Source of the DNA: Candidatus Moranbacteria bacterium RIFOXYB1_FULL_43_19
Lineage (GTDB): Bacteria; Patescibacteriota; Minisyncoccia; Moranbacterales; UBA11712
Assembly (NCBI GenBank): GCA_001784875.1
Contig: MFSH01000007.1
Coordinates: forward strand, 1-57,994
DNA: 57,994 bases
Direction: 5' to 3'
Part shown: in pieces, positions 29,116 through 38,302 of the stretch
Layout of the letters: each line of letters begins with the position of its first letter
Numbering within the stretch: position 1 is the stretch's first letter
The notes under the pieces: model-generated
Seen by the model: only the letters and a program-made list of their open reading frames with translations
What the model was told of the DNA's origin: nothing
Databases searched by the model: none
Made by a program: the position numbers and the translations under genes

Positions 29116-29158
29116 CCTAAGATACTATCTTAGGAGCGTCCTGAGATAGCATCTTAGG
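29116..29158. repeat. tandem 19-bp palindromes
   Basis: cctaagatactatcttagg-agcgt-cctgagatagcatcttagg. Confidence 0.7.
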
Positions 29159-29161
29159 AAT

Positions 29162-30610
29162 TTACGCCATTGGCTCGTACTCCTGCAACTCCGGACCCCT
29201 TCGGCTGATGAGACTCAAAACTTCGCTGGTACTGACCGCCCGAAAAATCCAAAGAAACACAAAATAGAGAGCGACACTTGCCACCGCCCGCACTAAAAAA
29301 TTAAGATCCGAAAAAATATACAAAAATCCTCCCATCATGAGTCCCGAAAAGGAAATGGCGAACAATTTTTCAAAAGAAGGCGTGTACTTGAGTAGTCTCC
29401 AGCAGGCCACTCCGGAAAGAATGGCCACTAGGAATTCCGTGAGACTTGATGCCACTGCCGCGCCCTTGTAGGAAAACCGCGGAATCAGGAAAAGGTTCAG
29501 GGTGATGTTGAAAACGGCGCAAAAAAGCAAAATGGCAATCAGTTTTTTCTGCTGATTTCCGGCAATTATCACATTGGTGAAAAAGTTCCCAAAAAATATG
29601 AAGGCCATGGCAAAAGCCAATATTTTGAGAACTAGCACCGAATCTTCGTATCCTGACCCGCCGATAAGGCCAATAATATTTTTAGCGAAAAAGACCGCTC
29701 CAATCACCAGCGGCACAGCCAGAATCAAAAAAACCTTGAAGGTTTTGTCGGCTACTCTTTCAAATTTTTTCCTTTCGTGAAAAATATAGCGAGACATTAT
29801 CGGCATAACCAGCCCCACAAACATCGCCGGAAAAAAGGCTACGTTTTCAACCACTTTGTAAGCCGCGCTATAAATTCCTACATCGGCGTTTGTTTTGAGA
29901 ATTGAAAGAAGAATCGTGTCCAGCTTGAAATAGGCAAAAATAATAATCGCTGAAATTCCAACGGGATACGATTCTTTCAAAAATTTTTTCCAAGCCTGCA
30001 CGTCAAAGCGAAGGGAAAAAGCAATATATTTTTTCGAGAAAAGATAGATGACGGCAAAGCTCGCCAACATATTGAAAAGTAGCGAACTTACGATGGCTAA
30101 AAACCCAAAATCGCTCTTGACTGCCAGCACGACTATGGTCAGCTGGACTACCTTTCCAATGAATTCCCCGATGGCCACCTTGTCCATGGCCAGTCTTTTC
30201 TGAAAAAGGCCGATTAGGACTGAATATCCCGAAGCAAAAAAATAGGCCGAAGCGGCAATTACCACTCCGACTTTCACGCCTCCGGAATAGGGGAAAAAAA
30301 GAATGAAAAGGGGAGAAGCCAGAAGAATAAAAAAAGAAACGGCCAGCCGGATAGCAAAAACATTCCCGAGAATATTTCTTTCATCACTTTCCGGCCTTGA
30401 TATTTCCCGCGTCGAAATGGCATAAAGCCCAAGATCAGCGATAGCTGAAAAAAAAGCAAAAAAAGCGAGAACAGTAGAATAATCCCCAAAGCCTTCTTTG
30501 CCTAAATAGCGGGTGATGAATCCGATACTGACAAGTGCCAAAACAGTGCCGAGAATTTTAGCTCCGGAAGTGAAAACAGCGTTGTAGGCAATGCGACGAG
30601 GAAGAGACAT
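29162..30610 (-). CDS. Wzx-type polysaccharide flippase
   Basis: RYLGKEGFGDYS, DLGL, DTILLS...VGIYSAA, LIPRFSYKGAAVA. Confidence 0.92.
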   Translation of the reverse strand: MSLPRRIAYNAVFTSGAKILGTVLALVSIGFITRYLGKEGFGDYSTVLAFFAFFSAIADLGLYAISTREISRPESDERNILGNVFAIRLAVSFFILLASPLFILFFPYSGGVKVGVVIAASAYFFASGYSVLIGLFQKRLAMDKVAIGEFIGKVVQLTIVVLAVKSDFGFLAIVSSLLFNMLASFAVIYLFSKKYIAFSLRFDVQAWKKFLKESYPVGISAIIIFAYFKLDTILLSILKTNADVGIYSAAYKVVENVAFFPAMFVGLVMPIMSRYIFHERKKFERVADKTFKVFLILAVPLVIGAVFFAKNIIGLIGGSGYEDSVLVLKILAFAMAFIFFGNFFTNVIIAGNQQKKLIAILLFCAVFNITLNLFLIPRFSYKGAAVASSLTEFLVAILSGVACWRLLKYTPSFEKLFAISFSGLMMGGFLYIFSDLNFLVRAVASVALYFVFLWIFRAVSTSEVLSLISRRGPELQEYEPMA

Positions 30611-30616
30611 AAAAGA

Positions 30617-30747
30617 AAAATCCTAATTTCTAAATACTAAATCCTAAAAAATATCAAAATTAAAAATTCAAATGACCAAACTTTCGGGTTTTTAATTTCG
30701 GTAATTTGAGTTTGTCTAGGATTTAGTGCTTAGGATTTTGGATTTCT
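30617..30747 (-). repeat. family-A heptad inverted-arm element, empty copy
   Basis: Minus strand: aaatccaaaatcctaagcactaaatcctagac ... ttaggatttagtatttagaaattaggattt, ending just before the flippase ATG. Confidence 0.85.
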
Positions 30748-30763
30748 GGCTAGCGAGAAACCG

Positions 30764-31267
30764 CTATGTTTGCTCAAAAACACTCTGCTCTTCCAAAGAG
30801 CCGACTGGTTTTACCACAACCTTTCTCTCGTCTCCTTCTCCGATGCTTTCTGTTTGCACTTCGTCATTCTCGGCTAAAGCCAAATGGATGATTCTCCGTT
30901 CATAGGCGGTCATCGGCCGCAAAACCGCCGGGCGCTTGTCGTTTATAGCTTGCTGGGCCATGTTCTTTGCCAAATCTTCGAGAGAGCCGACCTTACTTTT
31001 GTTATAGTCATTCACATCCACTGAAAATTTCAGCTTTTCTTCTGTTTTTTTTCGAGCCATTGCCCGAAGGATATGCTGAAGGGCCCGCAGATTCACCCCA
31101 TATTGGCCAATGAGAATATCTGACTCGCGCAGGCTGATATTGAAGACCAGGCTTTCTCCGCTTGGATCTGCTTCTTCCCCTATTCCCAGCGTAAAGTCAG
31201 AAAAAGTCATTTTTTCAAGTGTCTCTTTTATGAGATTTTTGAGCATTTCCACGTTTTCCGGCTTCAT
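30764..31267 (-). CDS. jag: Jag/KhpB RNA-binding protein (KH + R3H)
   Basis: LIGQYGVNLRALQH, PMTAYERRIIH, SIGEG; follows yidC. Confidence 0.9.
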   Translation of the reverse strand: MKPENVEMLKNLIKETLEKMTFSDFTLGIGEEADPSGESLVFNISLRESDILIGQYGVNLRALQHILRAMARKKTEEKLKFSVDVNDYNKSKVGSLEDLAKNMAQQAINDKRPAVLRPMTAYERRIIHLALAENDEVQTESIGEGDERKVVVKPVGSLEEQSVFEQT

Positions 31268-31283
31268 AATGATTTTACTAAGG

Positions 31284-32006
31284 CTACTTATCTTGAGCCG
31301 GAACCGGCTCTGGCTTTTTCATTGTTAGATACTGCTGGACAATAGCGAAAAGAGTGTTTACGACCCAGTAAAGAGCTAGACCTGCCGGAAACTTCATGCC
31401 GATAAAGAGAGTGAGCAACGGGCCGAGATATAGCATTTGCTGGTTCATAATTGAGGAAAAATCGCCTTTTTTTGCCGGCGCTGGGTTTTTGGTCATCATC
31501 ATTTTGGTCTGGACAAATTGTCCGGCTGCCGCAATGACGGCCAGAACTATGTTGGGCTTTGCGAGATCAAGTATCTTGAAAAAATTCACATTTATGCTGC
31601 TTGGGCAAGAAACGAAAGCGTAAAGATCATTGCAGGCTGAATCGAAGTTTATCCCGGCGATAAAAGCCCGGTAAAGCGCGATAAAAAAAATGATTTGGAC
31701 AACCAGCGGCAGACATCCGGAAGCCGGATTCACTTTTTTTTCTTTGTAAAATTCCATCAGCGCCCGTCCCTGTTTTTCCTTGTCGCCTTTATGCTTGTCC
31801 TGTAGTTTTTTGATTTCCGGCTGGAGATCCTGGAGCTTTTTCTGCGATTCTATCTGCTTTTTTGAAATGGGATAAAGAAGAAAACGGACAACTATAGTCA
31901 GCAAAATAATGGCCACGCCCAAATCATGGCCCGGAATAACGTTGTAAAGCAAAATCAGCGCATTATAGATCGGCTGGTATATGAAAGAATGAAAGATTTG
32001 ACTCAT
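31284..32006 (-). CDS. yidC: membrane protein insertase YidC
   Basis: AIILLTIVVR..LYP, NPASGCLP, PAGLALYW. Confidence 0.95.
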   Translation of the reverse strand: MSQIFHSFIYQPIYNALILLYNVIPGHDLGVAIILLTIVVRFLLYPISKKQIESQKKLQDLQPEIKKLQDKHKGDKEKQGRALMEFYKEKKVNPASGCLPLVVQIIFFIALYRAFIAGINFDSACNDLYAFVSCPSSINVNFFKILDLAKPNIVLAVIAAAGQFVQTKMMMTKNPAPAKKGDFSSIMNQQMLYLGPLLTLFIGMKFPAGLALYWVVNTLFAIVQQYLTMKKPEPVPAQDK

Positions 32007-32350
32007 TTAAGTAATTTCGCCCGCGTAAGCAGATCCTCCAATTTCTCTTTTATAAGCGAATAACTCATCTGCTTGTATGGGAACTTGGAATTAACCAAAA
32101 ATATAATTTGATAGCCTCTTTTTATTTTCCCCAAAAGAGGTCTTACTGCTTCCCGCATCCATCTTTTTACTCTATTCCTCTCTGATGATTTTTTGGAATA
32201 CTTCAGGCCTACTGAAAATCCAATTTTGAGTTCACCGGCCCCGGCTTCATCATATTTCATTATCAAGGCTTCATTTGATACTGTCTTTCCCTGCCGAAAA
32301 GCCTTGCTAAAGTTTTTTTTGTTTTTCAGCCTGAATCTTGCTGTGAGCAT
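32003..32350 (-). CDS. rnpA: RNase P protein component
   Basis: RLKNKKNF, GFSVG.KYSKKSSERNRVKRWMRE. Confidence 0.93.
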   Translation of the reverse strand: MLTARFRLKNKKNFSKAFRQGKTVSNEALIMKYDEAGAGELKIGFSVGLKYSKKSSERNRVKRWMREAVRPLLGKIKRGYQIIFLVNSKFPYKQMSYSLIKEKLEDLLTRAKLLK

Positions 32351-32452
32351 TTACCCGGTAGCACAACCTTGCTTTTACCTAAAGGCGAAAGAGGTTGCGT
32401 GCTAAAAATTATGTTAGTCGCCCCCCCCGGCACAACTTTTCTGAAAGTTGTA

Positions 32453-32596
32453 TTACCGGGTTGCCACACTTAGTTTCTTGCGGCCTTTTTTGCGCCTCCG
32501 AGCCAAAACTGCCCGGCCGTCTTTGGTTCTCATTCTTTTCCGAAATCCATGTCTTTTCATCCTTTTTCTCTTTTTTGGCTGGTAAGTCCTTTTCAT
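32453..32596 (-). CDS. rpmH: 50S ribosomal protein L34
   Basis: Manual translation [47 protein letters not shown]. Confidence 0.97.
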   Translation of the reverse strand: MKRTYQPKKRKRMKRHGFRKRMRTKDGRAVLARRRKKGRKKLSVATR

Positions 32597-32699
32597 TTTA
32601 GTTGTTTTTCTCTTAATCTATTATTCACTTTTGAAAGTTTAGCAATTAAAAAGGCTTTGGTCAACGCGGCAAACAGCGTCTTGATTTTTTCACGCTACT

Positions 32700-32776
32700 C
32701 CGCTAACATTTCAACAGGTTATCAACATAATTATCAACACATTCCCACTTTTCTTTATTTTCTTTGTGCTATAATT
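32700..32776. promoter_or_regulatory. DnaA boxes and dnaA promoter (oriC part 1)
   Basis: TTATCAACA at 32719 and 32731, TTTCAACA at ~32710, TGCTATAAT extended -10. Confidence 0.7.
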
Positions 32777-32799
32777 AGGGGACTCAATTTCTTCAAACA

Positions 32800-34191
32800 A
32801 TGAATAACAATGAAATTTGGCAGGCCGTATTGGGAGAAGTAGAGCTGGATGTTTCACCAGCCAGTTTTACTACTTGGTTTAGGAATACTTCCATAATCGA
32901 ATTTGAAAATGACTCTGTCGTAGTAAGTGTCCCCAATGGCTTTGCTAAAGAGTGGCTGGAAAACAAATACAACCAGTTTATACTAAAAGCTATAAAAAAT
33001 TTCCGGGATAATATTCGAAAGGTCCGCTGTATCGTTTCCGCAAAAAATATCTCGAAAGCCTCTAAGGTCTCCGAAAAAGAAATTGATTCTGTCCTTAGTA
33101 GAGAGGTGGGCTTGGTGGACCTTCGGAGCGCGGAAGCACCTGACCAGCGGTCAGAGGGAGGGCATATCGGCCTGAATCACCGCTATGCCTTTGAAAATTT
33201 CATTGTGGGATCAAATAACGAATTGGCTCATGCGGCTTGCCTGGCGGTTTCAAAAAATTCCGGCCGGGTGTACAATCCTCTCTTTATTTATGGGGGGGTG
33301 GGTCTTGGCAAAACTCATCTTCTGCAGTCGGTGGCCAATTCAATTTTGGCCCAAGATCCCAAAAAAAAGATTATCTATTCCACAGCTGAATTTTTCACTA
33401 ATCGCTATATTGATATGGTGAAAAACCAGCAAGCCCGAGAATTCAAGGCCTCATACCTCGACACGGATCTTCTCATTATAGACGACATCCAGTTCATAGC
33501 CGGAAAAGAAAAAACTCAGGAGGAATTTTTTCATATTTTCAATACCCTTTACCAGCTGAATAAGCAAATTATCCTGTCAAGCGACCGGCCGCCAAAGGCC
33601 ATTGCCACTCTGGAAGATCGCCTCAGATCGCGCTTCGAAGGCGGAATGATCGCCGATGTGACCCGTCCGGACCTTGAAACAAGGATCGCTATCCTGCAAT
33701 ATAAGGCTGCCCAAAAAGACTTTGAAATAGAAAATGAGGTGCTTCATTATATTGCTTCAAATATTCAAAACAATATCAGGGAGCTTGAGGGAGCCTTGAG
33801 CCGGATAATTGTTACCTGCGAGTTGAAAAATGCCGAGCCCACCCTAAGCTACGTAAAAAAAACCCTGTCCGACATTATTCATTCCGGAAGGAAGAAGGGG
33901 ATCGGATTTAAGCAGGTTATTGAGGCTGTCTCTGATTTTTACGACATAAACTCCCAGGAGCTCGTGAATCGATCGAGGCGCAAAGATATTGTGAAGCCCC
34001 GACAAGTAGCGATGTTTCTTATGAGGGAAGAGCTTCGAGCCTCCTTTCCGGGCATCGGCGAACAGCTGGGAGGAAGGGATCATTCTACAGCTATGCATGC
34101 CTACGAAAAAATTAGCCGAGGGATTGAACAAGATGAGGTGTTGGAGCAGGAATTAAATAATATCAAAAGCAAGATGTACAGCAACATCTGA
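32800..34191 (+). CDS. dnaA: chromosomal replication initiator DnaA
   Basis: YNPLFIYGGVGLGKTHL, LLIIDDIQF, RELEGAL, GGRDHST. Confidence 0.99.
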   Translation: MNNNEIWQAVLGEVELDVSPASFTTWFRNTSIIEFENDSVVVSVPNGFAKEWLENKYNQFILKAIKNFRDNIRKVRCIVSAKNISKASKVSEKEIDSVLSREVGLVDLRSAEAPDQRSEGGHIGLNHRYAFENFIVGSNNELAHAACLAVSKNSGRVYNPLFIYGGVGLGKTHLLQSVANSILAQDPKKKIIYSTAEFFTNRYIDMVKNQQAREFKASYLDTDLLIIDDIQFIAGKEKTQEEFFHIFNTLYQLNKQIILSSDRPPKAIATLEDRLRSRFEGGMIADVTRPDLETRIAILQYKAAQKDFEIENEVLHYIASNIQNNIRELEGALSRIIVTCELKNAEPTLSYVKKTLSDIIHSGRKKGIGFKQVIEAVSDFYDINSQELVNRSRRKDIVKPRQVAMFLMREELRASFPGIGEQLGGRDHSTAMHAYEKISRGIEQDEVLEQELNNIKSKMYSNI

Positions 34192-34473
34192 AAATCCGGC
34201 TAAAAGTGGGGATAAGGTGGGGAAAAACGCCAAATAACATCTTTTTCTGTTGATGTTTAAGTGGAAGAAACGGTTGATTAAATCGGGAAAAACACTGCAA
34301 ATGGACGACACGCGAAAAAATACCCATCTTATCCCCAGTTATCTCTAGCCTTATCCGCTATCTACCCAGCCAAAAATATCCTTATTTAAGCCGTTATATT
34401 GACTTAACCCCATAAACATGCATCTAATACTATAATAACTAAATAAATTTATAATTATTTATATTTCAATAAA
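34192..34473. other. probable oriC (DnaA boxes + AT-rich unwinding element)
   Basis: GTGGGGATAA, TTATCCCCA, TTATCTCTA and TTATCCGCT box-like sites, then trio-like tactataataac and an AT-rich tract before dnaN. Confidence 0.7.
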
Positions 34474-35625
34474 ATGAAATTACAAGCTCTATCGGAAAAT
34501 TTTAAAAAGGGAATACTAATTGCTGAAAAGGTAATTGGCAAAAACCTGACTCTTCCTATTTTATCAAACATTCTTTTGGAGGCAGAAAAAAGCAAGTTGA
34601 AGGTGTCAGCCACAAATCTGGAGATAGGGGTTGTTTGTTTTCTTCGAGCAAAAATTGAAAAAGAGGGCAAAGTCGCGGTCCCGGGCAGAATTATCGGGAG
34701 CTATCTAAATAATATTTCCGAAGGAGCAAAAATGGGCGTAGAGACAAAAAATCAAACCCTTTATTTAACTAGTGAGGGAAACCGGGCGGCGATAAAGGGT
34801 GTTGACGCAAAAGATTTTCCGATTATTCCCAAACCACAATCTGAACCCCTGTTTGAGGTGGAGAGCGCTGTTTTCCAAAAAAACGCAGCAAAAGTGATTG
34901 GCTCCGCCGCTGTTTCAGAGACAAGACAGGAATTAACGGGAGTCTATTTTGGCTTTGAAAGGGATAGTTTTGTTTTGGCAGCCACGGATAGTTTTCGGCT
35001 GGCAGAAGCTAATATAAAAATGGGCAAGGGCGATACGGGTACCGGCTATCAGAAATTTATAGCCAAAAATCCTTCCATCATTGTTCCGGCCAGAACCTTA
35101 CAGGAGGTGATAAGAAGTATTGGCGATGAAAGCAGCAAAATGAAAATTTATATCGGCGAAAGCCAGATATTTTTCGAGGTTGATGACACAATATTTGTCT
35201 CGAGACTCATCGATGGGAAATACCCGGAGTACAAGCAAGTAATACCCAAGGATTTTTCTTCCGGCGTTTTTGTAAATCGGGAAAGTTTGGCCAAAGCAGT
35301 CCGGACGGCCAGTATTTTTTCGGATAGCAAAAGCCGAGAAGTAAAACTTCTCATAAAGGGGGATAGCAATAAAATGAAAATCGAATCCCAGTCAGTCGAA
35401 ACTGGTGAAAACACAGCTGAAGTTTCTTGTCAAAGCCAAGCTAAAGGAGAAAGCTCAATAGCCTTTAACAATCGTTATCTCATAGATGCCCTTAGCTCCT
35501 TTTCAAGCGAAACCATCTATATTGGGTTCAATGATAGTTTTGGGCCGGTGGTTTTTCGGGAAGTCTTAGAAAAAGATAAGCCGGAAGATAACCATCTTCA
35601 CATCGTGATGCCAATCCGGAGCTAG
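34474..35625 (+). CDS. dnaN: DNA polymerase III beta clamp
   Basis: LPILSNILL, ATNLE, ATDSFRLA, SRLIDGKYPEY, VMPIR. Confidence 0.98.
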   Translation: MKLQALSENFKKGILIAEKVIGKNLTLPILSNILLEAEKSKLKVSATNLEIGVVCFLRAKIEKEGKVAVPGRIIGSYLNNISEGAKMGVETKNQTLYLTSEGNRAAIKGVDAKDFPIIPKPQSEPLFEVESAVFQKNAAKVIGSAAVSETRQELTGVYFGFERDSFVLAATDSFRLAEANIKMGKGDTGTGYQKFIAKNPSIIVPARTLQEVIRSIGDESSKMKIYIGESQIFFEVDDTIFVSRLIDGKYPEYKQVIPKDFSSGVFVNRESLAKAVRTASIFSDSKSREVKLLIKGDSNKMKIESQSVETGENTAEVSCQSQAKGESSIAFNNRYLIDALSSFSSETIYIGFNDSFGPVVFREVLEKDKPEDNHLHIVMPIRS

Positions 35626-35694
35626 AAGAGGGTTTGGCTTTGAGGAGTTGCGAGCTTTAGTAAGCGAGGAAAAAGTCGAATTTTTGGCAATACA

Positions 35695-35985
35695 ATGAAG
35701 CCAATCGCCTATTTATTAGACAAAAAAAAGAGCCTTAGGAATCACAGGAGAGAAGTTGATCAAAAATCCATCGAGAGCGTTTTTTTTAAGGTGTTGGAAA
35801 AAGAGCTGCCAAACATTGGACGGGCGGATGTCCCCTATTTCGAAGTCAAGGATAAAAAAACAATATATTGTAAAACAGCTCACCCGGCAATTTCCAGTGA
35901 AATTTGGAGGAAGAAAGAGAAGATAAAAAAAGAGATCAATAAATTTTTCGGAAGCGAAAGCATCAGCGATATAAAAGTAAAATAA
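35695..35985 (+). CDS. dciA: DciA (DUF721)-like protein
   Basis: Follows dnaN; HPAISSEIW.KKEKIKKEINK...ISDI pattern. Confidence 0.6.
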   Translation: MKPIAYLLDKKKSLRNHRREVDQKSIESVFFKVLEKELPNIGRADVPYFEVKDKKTIYCKTAHPAISSEIWRKKEKIKKEINKFFGSESISDIKVK

Positions 35986-36016
35986 AAATTTCCCGGACAT
36001 CTGTCCGGGAAATTTT
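35985..36016. terminator. bidirectional terminator
   Basis: aaaatttcccggaca-tc-tgtccgggaaatttt perfect inverted repeat between convergent genes. Confidence 0.75.
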
Positions 36017-36041
36017 ATAGACGCTTCAAAATAGTATACTA

Positions 36042-38276
36042 TTAAAAATCGCTTGATTTGCACTCTTCCAAATCATCTTGGACATCAAGTTCTTTTTTTT
36101 CTGCCCATTTCTGGACACCTTTTTCCCAGGCGCTAAACTGAGGATCTTTTTGGGGCTGTTTTGGGATTTCGCCGCGCGGATTGTCTTTGTCAACCCAGTA
36201 AAGGATTGAGTGGGCGGCAAAGAAGCTTTTCCCCCTTTTCTTTTTGTCGCTTGGGCACTTGTCATTGGCGAGGCAATATTTCCCATCTTTTATTTTGCAA
36301 ACGGTTACCTCTTTTTCCTCGCCTTGGACTGTTCCATCAAGAACCGCTTTTCCAACTTTTTCATCTTTCGCTTCCGGAAAACGTTCAATAGCCATGTTAG
36401 AAAGCGCTTTGTCCATAAACTCCCTCCAAATCGGTGCGGCGACAAACACACCGTCGGCGCCAGCCGTCATTGGGGCGTTGTCGTTGTTTCCTACCCAGAC
36501 GCCAGCGACAAGGTTCGGCGCATAGCCAACTGTCCAGGCATCCCGCCACTCGTTTGTTGTGCCTGTTTTCACTGCTACCGGTCGGCTATCGAAACGGAGA
36601 GGACTATTTGATCCAAAAACGGAGGAGCGCAAGCTATTGTCAGAAAGGATAGAATCGATTTTTGCGCAGATTTCCGTGTCGAGCACTTTTTCGCCGGAAG
36701 AGTTTTTATACTCATCTAAAACATTTCCCTGGGAGTCGGTGATTTTAAGAATAGCTGTCTTGTCGTGTCGGACTCCTCCGGTAGCAAAGGTTCCAAAAGC
36801 GCCCACATGGTCGATGAGCTTCACCTCTCCTCCGCCAAGGACAAGAGCCAGCCCGTACCGGCTCGGGTTCTTGAGGGTGGTGATCCCCATTGATTGGGCA
36901 GTATTAATTGCGTTTTGAACACCGGCCAGGTAAAGTGTTTTCACTGCAGGGATATTAAGCGAGCGGGCAAGAGCCTCTTTCATTTTCACCGGGCCGCTGA
37001 ATTTGTTTGAGTAGTTTTGAGGAGTATACGGCTGGTCTTTCGTCCCGAAATTTGTTTCGACGTCGAAAATAGTCGTGTTGGGCGTGTAGCCCTTTTTAAA
37101 AGCTGTTGCGTAAACATAGGGCTTGAAGGATGAACCTGGCTGGCGATCGCGGATAGTCACGTTTACGTTTCCATCGATGGATTTATCAAAATAATCACGC
37201 GAGCCGACCATAGCCAGAATTTGTCCCGTTTTGGGATCAATAGCGACAAGAGCCGCGTTCGATGCTCGGTATTTGGCATTGCTTGCTACTCCTTTTTTCA
37301 CCGCCTCGTCCGCCATCTGCTGCTTGTTCCAGTCAAGGGTAGTATAAACTTTCATTCCGCCCTCCTCCACCTGTTGCTCGCCATATTTATTCACCAAAAG
37401 GTCTTTCACATACATAACAAAATGAGGCGCCTGGATACTCTCCTGGAAAGGACGGATTTCTGAAATTATATCAACTTTTTTGGCCCCTTCCGCTTCTTCG
37501 CTGGTTATGTAGCCAAGTTTTTCCAGCTGATCGATGACGTATTTCTGCCGGCCCTCAAGTTCATCGGTGTTTGTCCCGTAGGGGGAATAGTAGGTCGGCG
37601 CTTTCGGGAGAGAAGCAAGAAGCGCTGCCTCAGCAAGGGTGAGATTTTTGGCGTCTTTTCCAAAAAAAGTCTGGGCCGCAGCTTGGACTCCGTAGGCGTT
37701 GGATCCGTACGGAATTTCATTGAGGTACATCTCAAGAATCTCATCTTTCGAAAATCTTTGTTCAAGTTCGACGGCGAGGATAACTTCTTTCACTTTCCGG
37801 GTAAAAGTTTGTTCCGGAGTGAGCACCGTATTTTTGATGAGCTGCTGGGTGATGGTGGAGCCTCCCTGGCTGACGTGGCGGCCGATAAGGTCATAAATCG
37901 CGGCTCGAGCGATAGATTTGAAATAAATTCCGTGATGCTGATAGAAACTCTGGTCTTCAGCAGAAAGGGTAGCGGCCTTGATTACCTCGCCCATATCTTT
38001 TATGGAAATAGCGGTGCGCTTTTCCTCACCGTGGATCTCATAGAGAAGATGGTCTCCCGTGCGGTCGTATATTTTGGTGGATTCAACCACCTGCCTTTTA
38101 TTAAGTTTCCCGGGACTCGGGAGGTCTTTCGCGTAATAGGCAAAAACGCCGATGGCGAAAAGAAGCCCGGCCACAAAGCACCAGACAAAAAATTTGAAAA
38201 TCCGCCACAGCCATTTGCGCTTCTTTTTTGGCTTTTTCAGGGCGTTTTTCGTGTTATCGACGAGTTCGTTTTTCAT
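36042..38276 (-). CDS. class A penicillin-binding protein (PBP1A family)
   Basis: AEDQSFYQH, QGGSTITQQL, RKVKE; transpeptidase motifs SSFK, SLN, KTG. Confidence 0.95.
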   Translation of the reverse strand: MKNELVDNTKNALKKPKKKRKWLWRIFKFFVWCFVAGLLFAIGVFAYYAKDLPSPGKLNKRQVVESTKIYDRTGDHLLYEIHGEEKRTAISIKDMGEVIKAATLSAEDQSFYQHHGIYFKSIARAAIYDLIGRHVSQGGSTITQQLIKNTVLTPEQTFTRKVKEVILAVELEQRFSKDEILEMYLNEIPYGSNAYGVQAAAQTFFGKDAKNLTLAEAALLASLPKAPTYYSPYGTNTDELEGRQKYVIDQLEKLGYITSEEAEGAKKVDIISEIRPFQESIQAPHFVMYVKDLLVNKYGEQQVEEGGMKVYTTLDWNKQQMADEAVKKGVASNAKYRASNAALVAIDPKTGQILAMVGSRDYFDKSIDGNVNVTIRDRQPGSSFKPYVYATAFKKGYTPNTTIFDVETNFGTKDQPYTPQNYSNKFSGPVKMKEALARSLNIPAVKTLYLAGVQNAINTAQSMGITTLKNPSRYGLALVLGGGEVKLIDHVGAFGTFATGGVRHDKTAILKITDSQGNVLDEYKNSSGEKVLDTEICAKIDSILSDNSLRSSVFGSNSPLRFDSRPVAVKTGTTNEWRDAWTVGYAPNLVAGVWVGNNDNAPMTAGADGVFVAAPIWREFMDKALSNMAIERFPEAKDEKVGKAVLDGTVQGEEKEVTVCKIKDGKYCLANDKCPSDKKKRGKSFFAAHSILYWVDKDNPRGEIPKQPQKDPQFSAWEKGVQKWAEKKELDVQDDLEECKSSDF

Positions 38277-38302
38277 TGGGGTATATTATGAAATTGGCAA
38301 AT

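Noticed and set aside
33100-33165. GC-rich segment with a ctgacc-agc-ggtcag hairpin in dnaA
   Set aside because: It lies in the naturally variable domain II linker; the stem is too short to call an insertion without an alignment.
35626-35690. Weakly self-complementary spacer between dnaN and dciA
   Set aside because: Pairing is too degenerate and there is no second copy in the window.
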